A DNA stretch of 64,000 nucleotides, taken from contig NC_087437.1 in the NCBI RefSeq assembly GCF_036321535.1, positions 2,542,001 to 2,606,000 of the forward strand. Direction: 5' to 3'. This document shows, in pieces, positions 11,888 to 22,793 of the stretch. The stretch comes from Camelus dromedarius (taxonomy: Eukaryota). The notes below the pieces were generated by a model. It saw only the letters and a program-made list of their open reading frames with translations. It did not search any database and had not been told where the DNA came from. Numbering within the stretch: position 1 is the stretch's first letter; each line of letters opens with the position of its first letter. Made by a program: the position numbers and the translations under genes.

Positions 11888-12099
11888 CTGTTCTTCCTGT
11901 CTCTGCTGTCTACATTTTTCTTATGTGACAGCAGCTCCTGCACTGTACGCGTGTCACCTAAATATGCGGCTTTGTGGAACTCCTTTAGCTCACACCTATG
12001 GACATGATACCCAGGCACAGGCTTCTCACGACTCCTGCGCTCTCTCTGATGGATGCTGAAGTCCACCCAGTTCACGAACTCAACGAGTCTCTTCTTCAT
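11888..12099 (-). CDS. ANKRD26-like: ANKRD26/POTE-family ankyrin-repeat gene, coding exon 1 (212 nt)
   Basis: ATG at 12099; MKKRLVEF...PGYHVHRCELKEFHKAAYLGDTRTVQELLSHKKNVDSRDRKNR resembles the ANKRD26 N-terminus (PGYHVRDRDLGKIHKAA...DRDKMNR); donor CAG|GTAACA at 11888/11887. Confidence 0.9.
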
Positions 12100-12239
12100 C
12101 TGGCTTATCGCCTTCCGACACCGCTCACTTCCCTCCTGGTCTCTTGCCACCTCCCAATCTCAGCGCTGGCGCTGCAGAAGAGCCACAGAGGTCTCGCTGC
12201 CACACCTTGGCTGTGAAGCTCAGCGGCTTGGAATGTTTG

Positions 12240-12370
12240 GTCCGGAACACTCGTAGCCTAGCAACAGCACTGGCCCTCAACTGTCCCTCAACTGTCCCTC
12301 CAGAGCCAGTGTCCCTGTGAGTGTGCACAGAGGCCCAGAGGCCCAGTGTGCCCGGTGCGCACGTGGGAGC
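12240..12370 (-). promoter_or_regulatory. Putative proximal promoter of the ANKRD26-like gene (RFX X-box-like, tandem MYB-like sites, E-box)
   Basis: gtagcctagcaac 12253-12265; caactg at 12278-12283 and 12289-12294 within an 11-bp direct repeat; cacgtg 12360-12365; 150-270 bp upstream of the ATG. Confidence 0.5.
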
Positions 12371-13399
12371 CTAAGTCATTTCAAATCTCTGCAATTGCCT
12401 GTGGGCCATTTTGGATTCCTTTGAAATGTTGGTGCTAGGTGGCTGAGTGTTTTGGGGCATTTCCAGAAGTGAGGCTTGACCCTGAGAAAGCCATGTTTGT
12501 ATGCAACTGCGGTTAGAGTGGGGTGGAACCACAGGATGCTGAAGGCCTAGTCCCCCAGAGAGCTCCCCACCAAAAACCTCTGTATCTCCTTATCCCCCAG
12601 TGTATTCCTTTCCCCATCCCTCTGAGCCCCAGCCAGTCTCCAGGGAATTTAGCAGATGCAAACAGCAGAAAGCTGTTTTCATGGTTTCAGAGATTGTGGC
12701 AATATGTATCATTAAGTACAAACTTGAGAAGCCAACACTCGCTCTCCAGATGAAATGAAAATGCGTTTCCTCATGTCTGCTGACCCTGCTCTGTGGCTCA
12801 GCCTTATGTTTACACGCTTTCTTCACTGTATTTTTTTTTTTTTTTTGCTTTTATTTCCACCAATTAAATCTTCAATCAATCTGAGATTTATTCGGGAGCA
12901 TGGTATAACATTTGAGAACTTTTTAACCACATAACTATGAAAAGACCACATCAGTTACTCAGTGAGGCCATGCTGCTGGCTGACCACTTGCAGGAGGGGG
13001 GGAAGGCAGGGCAGGCCTCTTCTTCCTGCCTAACTCCATCCTTCCTCAGCTGGCTAATTATGGCTTCTGGCCCTGCCAGGATCAAAACTGCAGGGGGCGG
13101 TAAAGTTCCTAAGTGGCTGACACTCCTGGGACCTGGTCTTGAGTGGACTGGACCTGGCAAGTGTTCTGAAGCTGACTCTCTCAGGGGCATTTCTGTGCCC
13201 CCACCTGCAATTCCTCTGACCTAAGGGAATGTGGTGTTACTAACTTCCCCATTTAAACTATCTTTTCTATTAGCATACACTGTTATTACCCTCATCTTAT
13301 AAAAAAAAAGATGCGTTCACCCTCCAACTGCGGCCCCAGTTCTCTGCTCTCCAGCACACACCCCTCCTGCCCCTGCAAAGGAGCTGTTCCCATTCACTT

Positions 13400-13858
13400 C
13401 CTCTGATTCCCCTCATTTTCCATCCAAGCAAGTGTGTCCACTCACTGCAACTGCTCACGACAGGGTCACCCACCACCCACCAGGTGCTGACTCCACGGGG
13501 AGCTCTCAGTCCTCTCCTCGCACGGCCCGGCAGCCACACTTCCCACCGCTGCTCTCCCCGAATTCCTCAAGCCCTTTCTTCATGGGGCTTCCTGGGTCTC
13601 GGGCTGCTCTGGTTTCCTCCCACAGCCCTGGCCGGTCTTCTCAGTCCCAGCCCCTGAATGCTGGCACACAGCACCCCTGAGGCTCAGTCTTCTGGCCTCT
13701 ACTACTGTCTGCTGCCGCCCACATCAGCCTCAGGGCTTTATGTATTATCTACAAGTTGGTAAGTTCCAAACTGCTATTTCCAATCCAGACCTCCCTCCTG
13801 TATTCCAGACTCAAATACCCATTGCCTCTCAATGTCATCTCTTGGAAGTTTAATAGGA
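13400..13858 (+). mobile_element. L2 LINE remnant, cut by the minisatellite
   Basis: ...ccagacctccctcctgtattccagactcaaatacccattgcctc...tcttggaagtttaatagg matches the recalled L2 3' region. Confidence 0.7.
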
Positions 13859-14580
13859 CTTCTCCTGGGCCGGCCTTCCCCTGGGCTGGCCCTCTCCTGG
13901 GCCTACCCTTTCCTGATCATACCCTCTCGAGGACCTTCACTTTCTTGGTCCAGCCCTCTCCTAGGCCTGCCATGACCTGGGTCTGACCTTACCTGGACAT
14001 GCTCTCACTTGGGCCTGACCTCTCCTATTCCTGCCTTCTCCTGGGCCTGCCCTCACCTGTCTTGCCCTCTCCTCTGCCTGCCTTCTCTTGGGCCTGCCCT
14101 CACCTGGGCCTGGCATCTCCTGGGCCTACCCACTCCTAGTTACTGCCAGCACCTGGTACTTCCCTCTCCTGGTCCTGCACTCTCCAGGGCCTGCCCTCTC
14201 ATGGGCCTGCTTTCTCTGAGTCCTGCCCTACCCTGGGCCTGCCCTAACCTTGTCCTGCACTCTCCTGGGCCTGCCCTCTCCTCCTGCCCTATCCTGGTCC
14301 TGTCCTTTCCTGTTCCTGCCCTCACCTGGGCCTGCACGGTCCTGGGCCTGCCCTCACCTGGACCTGCCCACTGTCTCCTGGGGCTGCCCTCTCCTCAGCC
14401 TGCTTTCACCTGGGCCTGCCCTCGGGTTTGTCTGCCCACCCCTAGGACTTCCCTCTTCTGGTCCTGCCCTCACCTGGTCCTGCCCACTATCTCCTTGACC
14501 TCCACTCACCTGGCCTGCCCTCTCCTGGACCTGCCCTCACCTGGACCTGTCTTCTCCTGGTCTTGCCCTCTCTCTCCTGG
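13859..14580. repeat. GC-rich minisatellite, ~16-bp unit CCTGGGCCTGCCCTCT/A, roughly 45 degenerate copies
   Basis: Recurrent ctgggcctgccctctc / ctgggcctgccctcac; strong C/T-rich plus-strand asymmetry. Confidence 0.92.
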
Positions 14581-14966
14581 GGAAGTAAGCCAGAAAGAGA
14601 AAGAAAAATACCATATGAGATCACTCATATGTGGAATCTAAAAAAAAAACCAAAATATAAATACAAAACAGTAACAAACTCATAGAATACAAACGTGTTT
14701 TCCAAGGGGTTGGGGGGTGGGAAAGGACAGACTGGGAGTTCGAAATTTGTAGATACTGACAGGCATATGTAGAATAGATAAACAAGATTATACTGTATAG
14801 CACAGGGAAATACATACAAGGTCTTATGGTAGCTCACAAGGAAAAAGAATGTGACAATGAATATATGTATGTTCATGTATAAGTGGAAAATTGTGCTCAA
14901 CACTGGAAATTGACACAACATTGTAAAGTGACTATAAGTCAATAAAAAAATGTTAAAAAAAAAAAA
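14581..14966 (+). mobile_element. Young L1 3' end (camelid-type) with poly(A)
   Basis: EVSQKEKEKYHMRSLICGI* then 3'UTR, aataaa and A12 tail. Confidence 0.9.
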
Positions 14967-16566
14967 GTGTTCCATTCAGAGCTATGGTTACATGCTGATC
15001 TTTTAGGGACAGAGACTAGGTTGGAACCTAAATGTACAGACTGGGAGAGAAAGGGATTTCAACTATTCTGACCAATTCCTGTTGAATGAAACAGAGAGGC
15101 CAAGCCCTCCCATTTCAAAAGGGCCCAGTTGGTGAGAAGACCCACTGCAGGGCAGGAGACGGGAAGGAACCTCCTTAACAAAGGTCCCAGATGAGAAAAT
15201 GGCCCAGTGACACTCAGCCCACAGGGCCTTCAGCCTGAATGTGAATGTGGGGAACCCGGGCAGAAGTAGGCATGAGCCCTTCCCTAACCTGCACAAGGTG
15301 GAGGCAGCTTTCAGCACCCTCCTCACCACCAACCTGTCCAGCCTTCCTCACTGAGTCACAAGGGAACTGGTTGGAAAGGATTTCAGCCTCGTGTGTTTGG
15401 CCCTGGGCGGGGCTGGGATTCCCCTTCCATCTGAGTGGAGGCCAATGATGTCCCCAGAATAGGGTGTGTCTGGAATCAGCTGCTCCAAGTGCCCCGTGTG
15501 GGTGTTTCCTAGCACCACAATCTAGAGGGGAGGACCTGACAAATTCTGTCTGACGACAACCTAAATGCTTACCGAGTCTTATTAGTCAGCATTATAGTGT
15601 TTATAGTAAAGGGCTGAGCCCAGACACAGCAGAAGTCAACCTCTGCACTATCTCATGAGATCTGCCCAGGCCACAGCACTGGATGTAATTTACTTTCATA
15701 ATTTCCCTCTCCGTTAAATGTGAGCTCACACTTGACCATTAGCAACTTCAACAACCTCCCATTTAGGTTCCTGGGGAAGGTTCTCACATACAACATCCAG
15801 GGCTTATGATAGTGACCCCAAAGCATCCCAAATGTTAGAGACATGTACAACTAAGATACACTTCTCGGGGACAGATCTCTCTATTAAAACAGCTATTCCA
15901 GGCAGTGGATGAGAGCAGTGTTGTCTGAACACGTCCTGCCACACACAGGATGCAAGTCAACATTCGGACAGGCTCAAGTTTTGTTTATCTTTTTTCATGG
16001 TCCCTGCTTCTTTTTGTAAAGTCTTGTAAGTTTACTTGCCCTCCGATGTTCTGATACTCTTCCCACTCAAATTAGTAATGTCTGCTCTCTGTATTATTAA
16101 TCTACTTAGAAAATAAAATGGTACTAAGATAGATTGGCAATCTGTTAAGAGCCAATGAAGGCAAACTTTCAGGTAGGTTCCTAACAAAAACGTGTCTGTT
16201 ACAATGAAAGCCCATATTGACAGAGTCTATGAATGATTTGCATTTACTACTGGGGTTTTTTAACTCATATATAGCTAATCTGCATTTTCCCCAAATTCAT
16301 TTTTGCTTACTAACCCTACAGTTGATACCCTTACGATTTAATTCATCAAAAGCAATCACTTAAGCACTGTACGCGGGCATGTTTGTGGCCTGCGTTCCTA
16401 CAGGCTGCCAAGCACGACACAAACATGAGACTAAGTTCATCAGGAAATGAGTGTGCACATGACACAGGGCCACACCAACTACTGCCCTGCGCCAGCAACC
16501 ACAGCAGGAGGCGCCATAAAATCTATGAAATTCTTCTGCCAGCTCTGAGCCAACAACAGTACTTAC

Positions 16567-16703
16567 AGGTTCCGGGGGCCTCGTGCCAGCCAGGGGAGCG
16601 CACACACGTGGTGCTGCTGCACCAGCCAGGGGCAGGGTCCAGCCAATGTCCCCGCTGTTCAGTGGATTGTACACTTGGACATTTCTGGCCAGTCCTCTCA
16701 CCA
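16567..16703 (-). pseudogene. COL12A1: COL12A1 unprocessed fragment, FN3 exon D (internal indels)
   Basis: [13 protein letters not shown]...GTRPPEP vs [27 protein letters not shown]...GTRPSES; ctcag| acceptor and |GTAAGT donor. Confidence 0.9.
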
Positions 16704-17908
16704 CTGAGAAAAGAAAAGGCAACACATATTTCTTACACCTGTTTACACATGGCAAGCTATCACTTACCCCGAAATTCTGCTCTGTAGGAGAAATACTTAC
16801 TTCCTTAAACTTTGAATTATCTACGCACAAAAGCACATGAAAACTCTCCAAATCCACATTTAGCCAAACTCAGTCAACTAGGGCCTTGGTCTCTATGGAA
16901 GCTAAATTGTTGTCAATAAAAACAAGGGCGTAAAAGTAGTAATACTGGGTTGGCCACAAAAGGACAAGGGACAAGGGGCAAGAGCGAGAAACTGGAAAAA
17001 CAGCTTCAGTTTTCCAGCACAGGTCATGGAAAGAGAGACAAGAGGATTCTATCATCTCTGCCTCTAAATGAGAACTGACAACACGGAGGACGCCCATCTA
17101 ATCCGGGCAGCTAGATTAGCTGGTTTCAATCGTTCATTTCTTCTCATTCAACAGACACTGACTGTCTTCTGTGATTCAAAGAAAAGGCAAACATAGGGAG
17201 AAATCAAAGATACACTCAGGTCTCAATTAACTGCCCCAATAGGGACTTAGAAAAACATGCAAATTAAATCCATGTATTATCTCCAAACTCCACTTTAGGA
17301 ATAACATCATTTTTCTTGACCACTAATCTTTTGCCAAAAGAAGTCATCTATACTTGCTTTCTTTGAGCCAACAGCACGTATATTTTTAAGCCAAAAAAAA
17401 ATTTAGAGGTATGCACCAAAGCCTTTAAACAATACTACAAAGAATTCTAAAACCACTATAAACTGGTTTCTCAACATGTTAATAGCAAATGAGAGCACAG
17501 AGATTTTCAATGCCAAAAAGCACTTCATCAGCAGAGAAATGTGCTATCAAGTAACAAGACCAGCAGATTTCAACAACTGACACTGAAAGCCAGTGACAAA
17601 ATACTGCTTCATACAAATTTATTGAGCACAAAGCAAAGCTCATGAACTTTTGTCAGTGACAGAGAATACTGATAACTGTAAACACATTTAGAAATCCTGA
17701 AGTTACCACTTCAGAAGAATGTGACTTTTATTTCACACACTAAAATATTAATAATTGGTGGGGGTTGGAAGATAAACTATGTGTAATTGTTACATTTTTA
17801 TTCCACCGTTATGTACTTCCCAAATTTTCTTTCTACTTTAAACTTTATGCTATACTAAAAAGCAAAATGCATCATGAAAATGCTGAATTTGTCTGCCTTC
17901 TTACTTCC

Positions 17909-18038
17909 ATGTCCTTCCAGTGTCTGGTGTACGCCCTCCATCGCCCTCAGGATAAAGGGGAACCACTGTAACGGTGTCTGGGACATCTGGCTGCAGATTC
18001 CTAAGAACGGCATCATTGGTATTCCCAGGGATTGGCAC
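17909..18038 (-). pseudogene. COL12A1: COL12A1 unprocessed fragment, FN3 exon C (donor GT>GG)
   Basis: [43 protein letters not shown] vs [43 protein letters not shown]; donor reads GGAAGT. Confidence 0.92.
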
Positions 18039-18457
18039 CTAAAGATTTTAATAAAATGTAAAGTACTTGATTTGAAAACCTTGTATAAGAAATAATACTT
18101 TGAACAACCAAACACTCAAAATACTAACTGAAGACAAAGTCAAGAAGCAGGTTCTGTACTATTGGGACCTAAGGATGTGCCCCCATACAAACTGTTCTAA
18201 GAGTTGATGAAGGCCTCTCTGCACACACCCAGCTCCTTCTTGAAAAGCCCCTGGAATGGGGACTTGATCCCCCAGCCCCAGTCCCCCAAAAGCCCCCATC
18301 ACCCAGGCACTGAGGCCCCAACCGACTACCCTCCGTCAAGTTCTACAGAAGGAACATGAACTCCTTCGGCGCTATGGTACACTAGTTAACTCTTGATCTT
18401 CACTTTGCAATCTACAGCTGAAACTAACACACACTTTTCCCTACAAGAAATAGTGAC

Positions 18458-18585
18458 CAATTCCTCCAGACCACCTGCTGTGGGTGCATAGAAGAGCTTG
18501 TACTGATGAGGATTTTGCTCTGTGTGCTCCCAGCGAACATTAAAAGTGCTGGTGGAAGGGTCGTACACCGAGGTATTCAAAGGTT
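18458..18585 (-). pseudogene. COL12A1: COL12A1 unprocessed fragment, FN3 exon B
   Basis: [42 protein letters not shown] vs [46 protein letters not shown]; ~12-nt deletion; AG/GT boundaries. Confidence 0.92.
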
Positions 18586-18898
18586 CTGAAATGCACAGAA
18601 AGCACACCACGTGTGACCCTAACAACCAAGCACACATGAAGCCCAGGTTTACTGATGGGTCCCGGGAACCCTAGAACACAGGATCCCTTTAGAAGGCACC
18701 CCACAAATACCTGTTGAAGTAGTGAATAAAGGAAAAAATGTGATCATCAGGTACATGTCTCATCCCTCCACAAGGTATCTTGGCCTCAGAGCATAGTTTG
18801 TTCATTTGTCTGTGTTATCCTAGAAGGTAATAAACACCATTCTCCAAGACCAGAGACAAATAACTCCAGTAAGGATATTAAAAGCAATTTAGATCTTT

Positions 18899-19059
18899 GG
18901 GGGGAGGGTGTAGCTCAGGGCTACAGAGTATGCTTAGTGTGTGCACGAGGTCCTGGGTTCAATCCCCAGTACCTCCACTAAAAAATAAATAAAACCTAAT
19001 TACCCCCCACCCCCCACAGAGACAGAAAAAAAAAAGAAGAAGAAGAAGAAAAAGAAAAA
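18899..19059 (+). mobile_element. tRNA-derived SINE, Vic-1-like (Tylopoda)
   Basis: ggggagggtgtagctcag (A box)...gaggtcctgggttcaatccccagtacctcca (B box), then aaataaataaaacctaattacccccc and A-rich tail. Confidence 0.8.
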
Positions 19060-19186
19060 GAGCATTATTAACATGGATTTTAAAAGTTTAGCAAACCTCT
19101 GTGTCACCCCAGTGTTTCCAGTGGAAGATGAGATTCCATCCCCATGACGGTTACTAAAACAGCCACAGGAGTCCAGGCTCACTTAC

Positions 19187-19320
19187 TGGTATTGCTTCTT
19201 CCTGTCACCCGACCTCCTTCCACATCACAACACAGGGAGGACAGGGTGATGGTGTAAGGAGTGTCAGGCTTCAGCTTCTGCAGGGCCACACTGTTCTGCT
19301 GTCCACCTACCTATCCTGGT
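19187..19320 (-). pseudogene. COL12A1: COL12A1 unprocessed fragment, FN3 exon A (4-nt duplication frameshift)
   Basis: ctccag| acceptor; [39 protein letters not shown] vs COL12A1 [39 protein letters not shown]; duplicated TAGG near start; A|GTAAGT donor. Confidence 0.92.
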
Positions 19321-19559
19321 CTGGAGTAAAACAGGGATAAGTGTCAGCTTTGCTCTCTCCAGCTCACTCATCTGTTAGGAAAAGCTCTTTCTCTGTTTGA
19401 GGCCTTTGCCAAGATCTGGAAACATGCCCCGCTCTGAAAGTTTAAAATGTATCCTAGGGTACCATTTTAAATGTAAACGAGACCCCTTAAATCATAAAAA
19501 GGATTTTAAGCCTTAAAGTACTGATCTTAAAAAGATATTTCAACTGTCAAGAAGCCAGC

Positions 19560-20940
19560 ACTGCGAAATTCCATCCAAAAGCAAAATAATAATAATAAGT
19601 GGGGCTACAATAGACTAAAAGAATGATGCACAACAAAAGACACAATAAATGTTATGATAACTCACAGAGAAAAAAATGTGACAATGAGTGTGTATATGTC
19701 CATGAATGACTGAAAAGTTGTGAACACTGGAATTTGACACAACATTGTAAAATGATTATAAATCAATAAAAAATGTTTTTAAAAAAGATACAATCAACAA
19801 AATGAAAAGGCAACCTATGGAATGGAAGGATATCTTTGCAAACCATCTATCAGATAAGGGGTTAATATCAAAGTAAATAAGGAACTCACACAATTCAAGA
19901 GCAAAGTAAAAGCAGTCTGATTTTAAAATTGTACAGAAGACCTCAGTAGATATTTTTCCCAAGAAGACGTACAAATGACTAACAGATAATTGGCATCACT
20001 AGTCATCAGGAAAATGCAAATCAAAACCAAAATGACATATCACCTCCACCTGTCAGAATGGCTATTATCAAAAAGAAAAGAAATAAACTGGGGCTGTGAA
20101 TTTCACCACTCACGAGAGTGGTATGTCAGAGAGTTTGGGTTAATTTAGTAGGTATCGATTTCCTTGACTGTGCCTTTGAAACTTGTTTCAGCTTCTTCTA
20201 GCCATGGCTTTATTGTTATTTTCCTTACTCCTCATTATTTCCTTTTCACTGACATGACATATTGAATTAATGTAAATTAAATGTGTTTATGATGTAACTC
20301 CACTGTACATTTTACATTCATATTATATGAGTAGTAAAGGATGAAAGGATATTTGCGACCTATATGTATGTGCTGTATTTGGGCATTTTCTTGAAAACTA
20401 ATTAATAGCTAGCTTATTTATGATTATTAGTTTAATAAGCTTCTGTCTGGCAGAAAAAAATTTAGATTTAAAACTAACAACTAAATCATGGTTTTGGGTT
20501 AGGATCTAAGTATACAGGTTTAAAGCTTGCTGCAAACTCTCAGAGATATATTTTGATAGACATGTTACTCCATGATGGAAACAAGCAGGAACTAAATAAT
20601 CAAATGTCATCAACCAAAAATGACTGAAGAATCAAATGTTGGAGATATTTTTAGATGTTTTTGTTACTAGCTATTTTGAGTTCAATGAAAACAAAGAACA
20701 ACAACAACAACAATAACAAAAAGACAAGAAATAGCAAGTGTTGGTGAAAATGTGGAGAAAAGGGAACATTTGTGCACTGTTGGTGGGACTATAAACTGGT
20801 GCAACCACTATGGAAAACAGTATGGAGTTTCCTTAAAAAATTTAAAGATACAATTACTAAATGATCCAGCAATCCCACTTGGGGATACAGATTTGAGGAA
20901 AATGAAATCAAGATCTTAAAAAGATATTACCACTCCTAGG
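19560..20940 (+). mobile_element. Old L1 ORF2 3' region carrying two nested insertions
   Basis: aaatgaaaaggcaacctatggaatgg..., gaaaatgcaaatcaaaacc..., ccactatggaaaacagtatggag; a young L1 tail at 19647-19782 is flanked by aaaagacacaat / aaaagatacaat. Confidence 0.85.
20086..20717 (+). pseudogene. Unidentified retroposed AU-rich 3'UTR-like fragment with TSD
   Basis: Non-L1 sequence splitting a contiguous L1; 16-bp TSD aaaaagaaaagaaata (20070-20085) and aaaaagacaagaaata (20718-20733); tail decayed to (CAA)n after aatgaa. Confidence 0.75.
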
Positions 20941-21502
20941 AATATATATCACTGAGAAGCTCTTGCACATGTGAACATGAACAGGATTGTAAAAGCAAGC
21001 AGAGTCATCCCAAATTAGAAAGTATTTAACAGGTAAAATGGAAAAATATGCTGCGGTGGAATCAAACAACAAAAAAACTCTACAGTAATGCAGACAAACA
21101 AGCTAGAGCTACGGGCAACACTGGTGACTCTTACAGAAGGTTGAACAGAAGAAGTAAGGTATAACAAAGTAAATCTATGATTCCATAGGTCCTATTAATA
21201 TGCAACTCAAAAATAAGCAAAACTAAGTTGTATTGTTCAAAGGTGTAAACATAGGAGATATGACCATAAGGCAAAGCAAATAAATGATTACCATGAAATT
21301 CAAGAGTATGATTGCATGCAAACTGGAGTAAGATGTTTTGAACTTGAAAGAACATGCATATTCTTTCTGGGGACCTGCAATTTTCTATTTCATAACCATT
21401 GCATTTGCGTTTGCATTATAATACTTTGCTAAATTTTATATCTATGTTTCATTTGCTTCTTTGCACATACACTGTGTTTCAAAATAAAAAGTTTTAAAAT
21501 TG

Positions 21503-21897
21503 TGTATTACTTATCTGTTGTATAGAAATTGATCACAAAATTTAACAGTTTAAATGAGCAAATACTTATTATCCCACATATTTCTGAAGGCAAGGCTTTA
21601 GGGATTGTCTTAGGTGGGTGGCTTTGCTTTGGTGTCAAGTCATCGGCCAGGGCTGTGGTCATATGAAGTCTTGACTAGGGCTAAAAGATCCACTTCTATG
21701 AAAGTTTACACACATGTCTGTTGGCTGGAGGCCTCAGCTCCTTTCCATGTAAGCCTCTTCATAGGGCTGTCACTTTATCACATACTATTCATTAAAAGGA
21801 AGTCATTAAACCCAGTCCATGCTGAAAGACAGAGGAATTTACCTCCATCTCTTCAAAGGAATGGTATGAAAGTACCTGTGTACTTAAAATCACCATA
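21503..21897. mobile_element. MLT1-type MaLR solo LTR
   Basis: cacaaaatttaacagtttaaa...tttctgaaggcaagg...acctccatctcttcaaagg...ttaaaatcaccata. Confidence 0.65.
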
Positions 21898-22606
21898 AGT
21901 TTTATAGAAAGCCTACTATAAACAAATTCAATGTAGAGCAGCTATATTAGGGAAAGTAGCTGCAACATCTATGAAAGCAAAATGATTGAATCTATTATAA
22001 ATGAGGAAATGAAATGAAACACAATGAAAAAGACAAGACATTCTCATGAGACTATAAGAGAAAAAATACAAACATTGCTAGTGAAAAATGAAAATCTGAG
22101 TTTCCTGTTTTGGGGGGAAGAAATATCACAATGTATTTTAGCGTGAAGACTTCAGCCACTTAACATATGAATGATTTATTCTTAAAGGGGACCACCATGA
22201 ATCAAATATGTATGGAGATCTTTACTTCACAATATTTGTAGAAGTAAAAAGCTGAAACCAATTGAACGACCAATAAATACAGAAAAGTTTGAAAAAATTA
22301 TGACACACCTGTGCTGTGGAAACATTTTTAAACATTCTACTGAAAAATACTGTACATACAGAAAAATGCGATATTGCATGTCTAAAGCCCCCCCCAAAAT
22401 ATCACAATCTGGTCAGACTCATGAAGTCAGCATTCTAATCAAGAAAGAGAACAATACTGGGACCCCCAAAGCCCTCTGAACTTCCCTCTAGCCTGAACCT
22501 CTCAGGGTAGCCACCTTCCTGACATCTGAGGGCACAGATTAGTGTTGCTTTATTTTGTACTTTGCATGCATGAAATCAGATAGTGTGTTATGTGGTATAA
22601 TGCACA

Positions 22607-22793
22607 CAGCTGACCCTAGAATGCACTGGCTTGGACTGTGGGTCCACTTATATGTGGATATTTCAACAGTAAATAGTACAGGACTACATAGTCTGTGGCT
22701 GGTTGAATCTACACAAGCAGAGTAACCATGGATACAGAGGGCCGACTGTAAGTTACACACAGGTTAACCCCTGTGTTGTTCAAGGATCAACTG
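22607..22793. mobile_element. Tigger2-like non-autonomous DNA transposon
   Basis: Terminal inverted repeats cagctgaccctagaa and ttcaaggatcaactg, followed by TA. Confidence 0.8.

Noticed and set aside
13859..14580. CRISPR-like or immunoglobulin switch-like array
   Set aside because: No unique spacers, eukaryotic context, no AGCT pentamer enrichment and no Ig constant exons seen
14009..14641. 210-aa Pro/Leu-rich ORF
   Set aside because: Translation of the 16-bp minisatellite running into L1; stop-poor by composition
18899..18980. tRNA gene
   Set aside because: A and B boxes are followed by a SINE body and A-tail, so it is a tRNA-derived SINE
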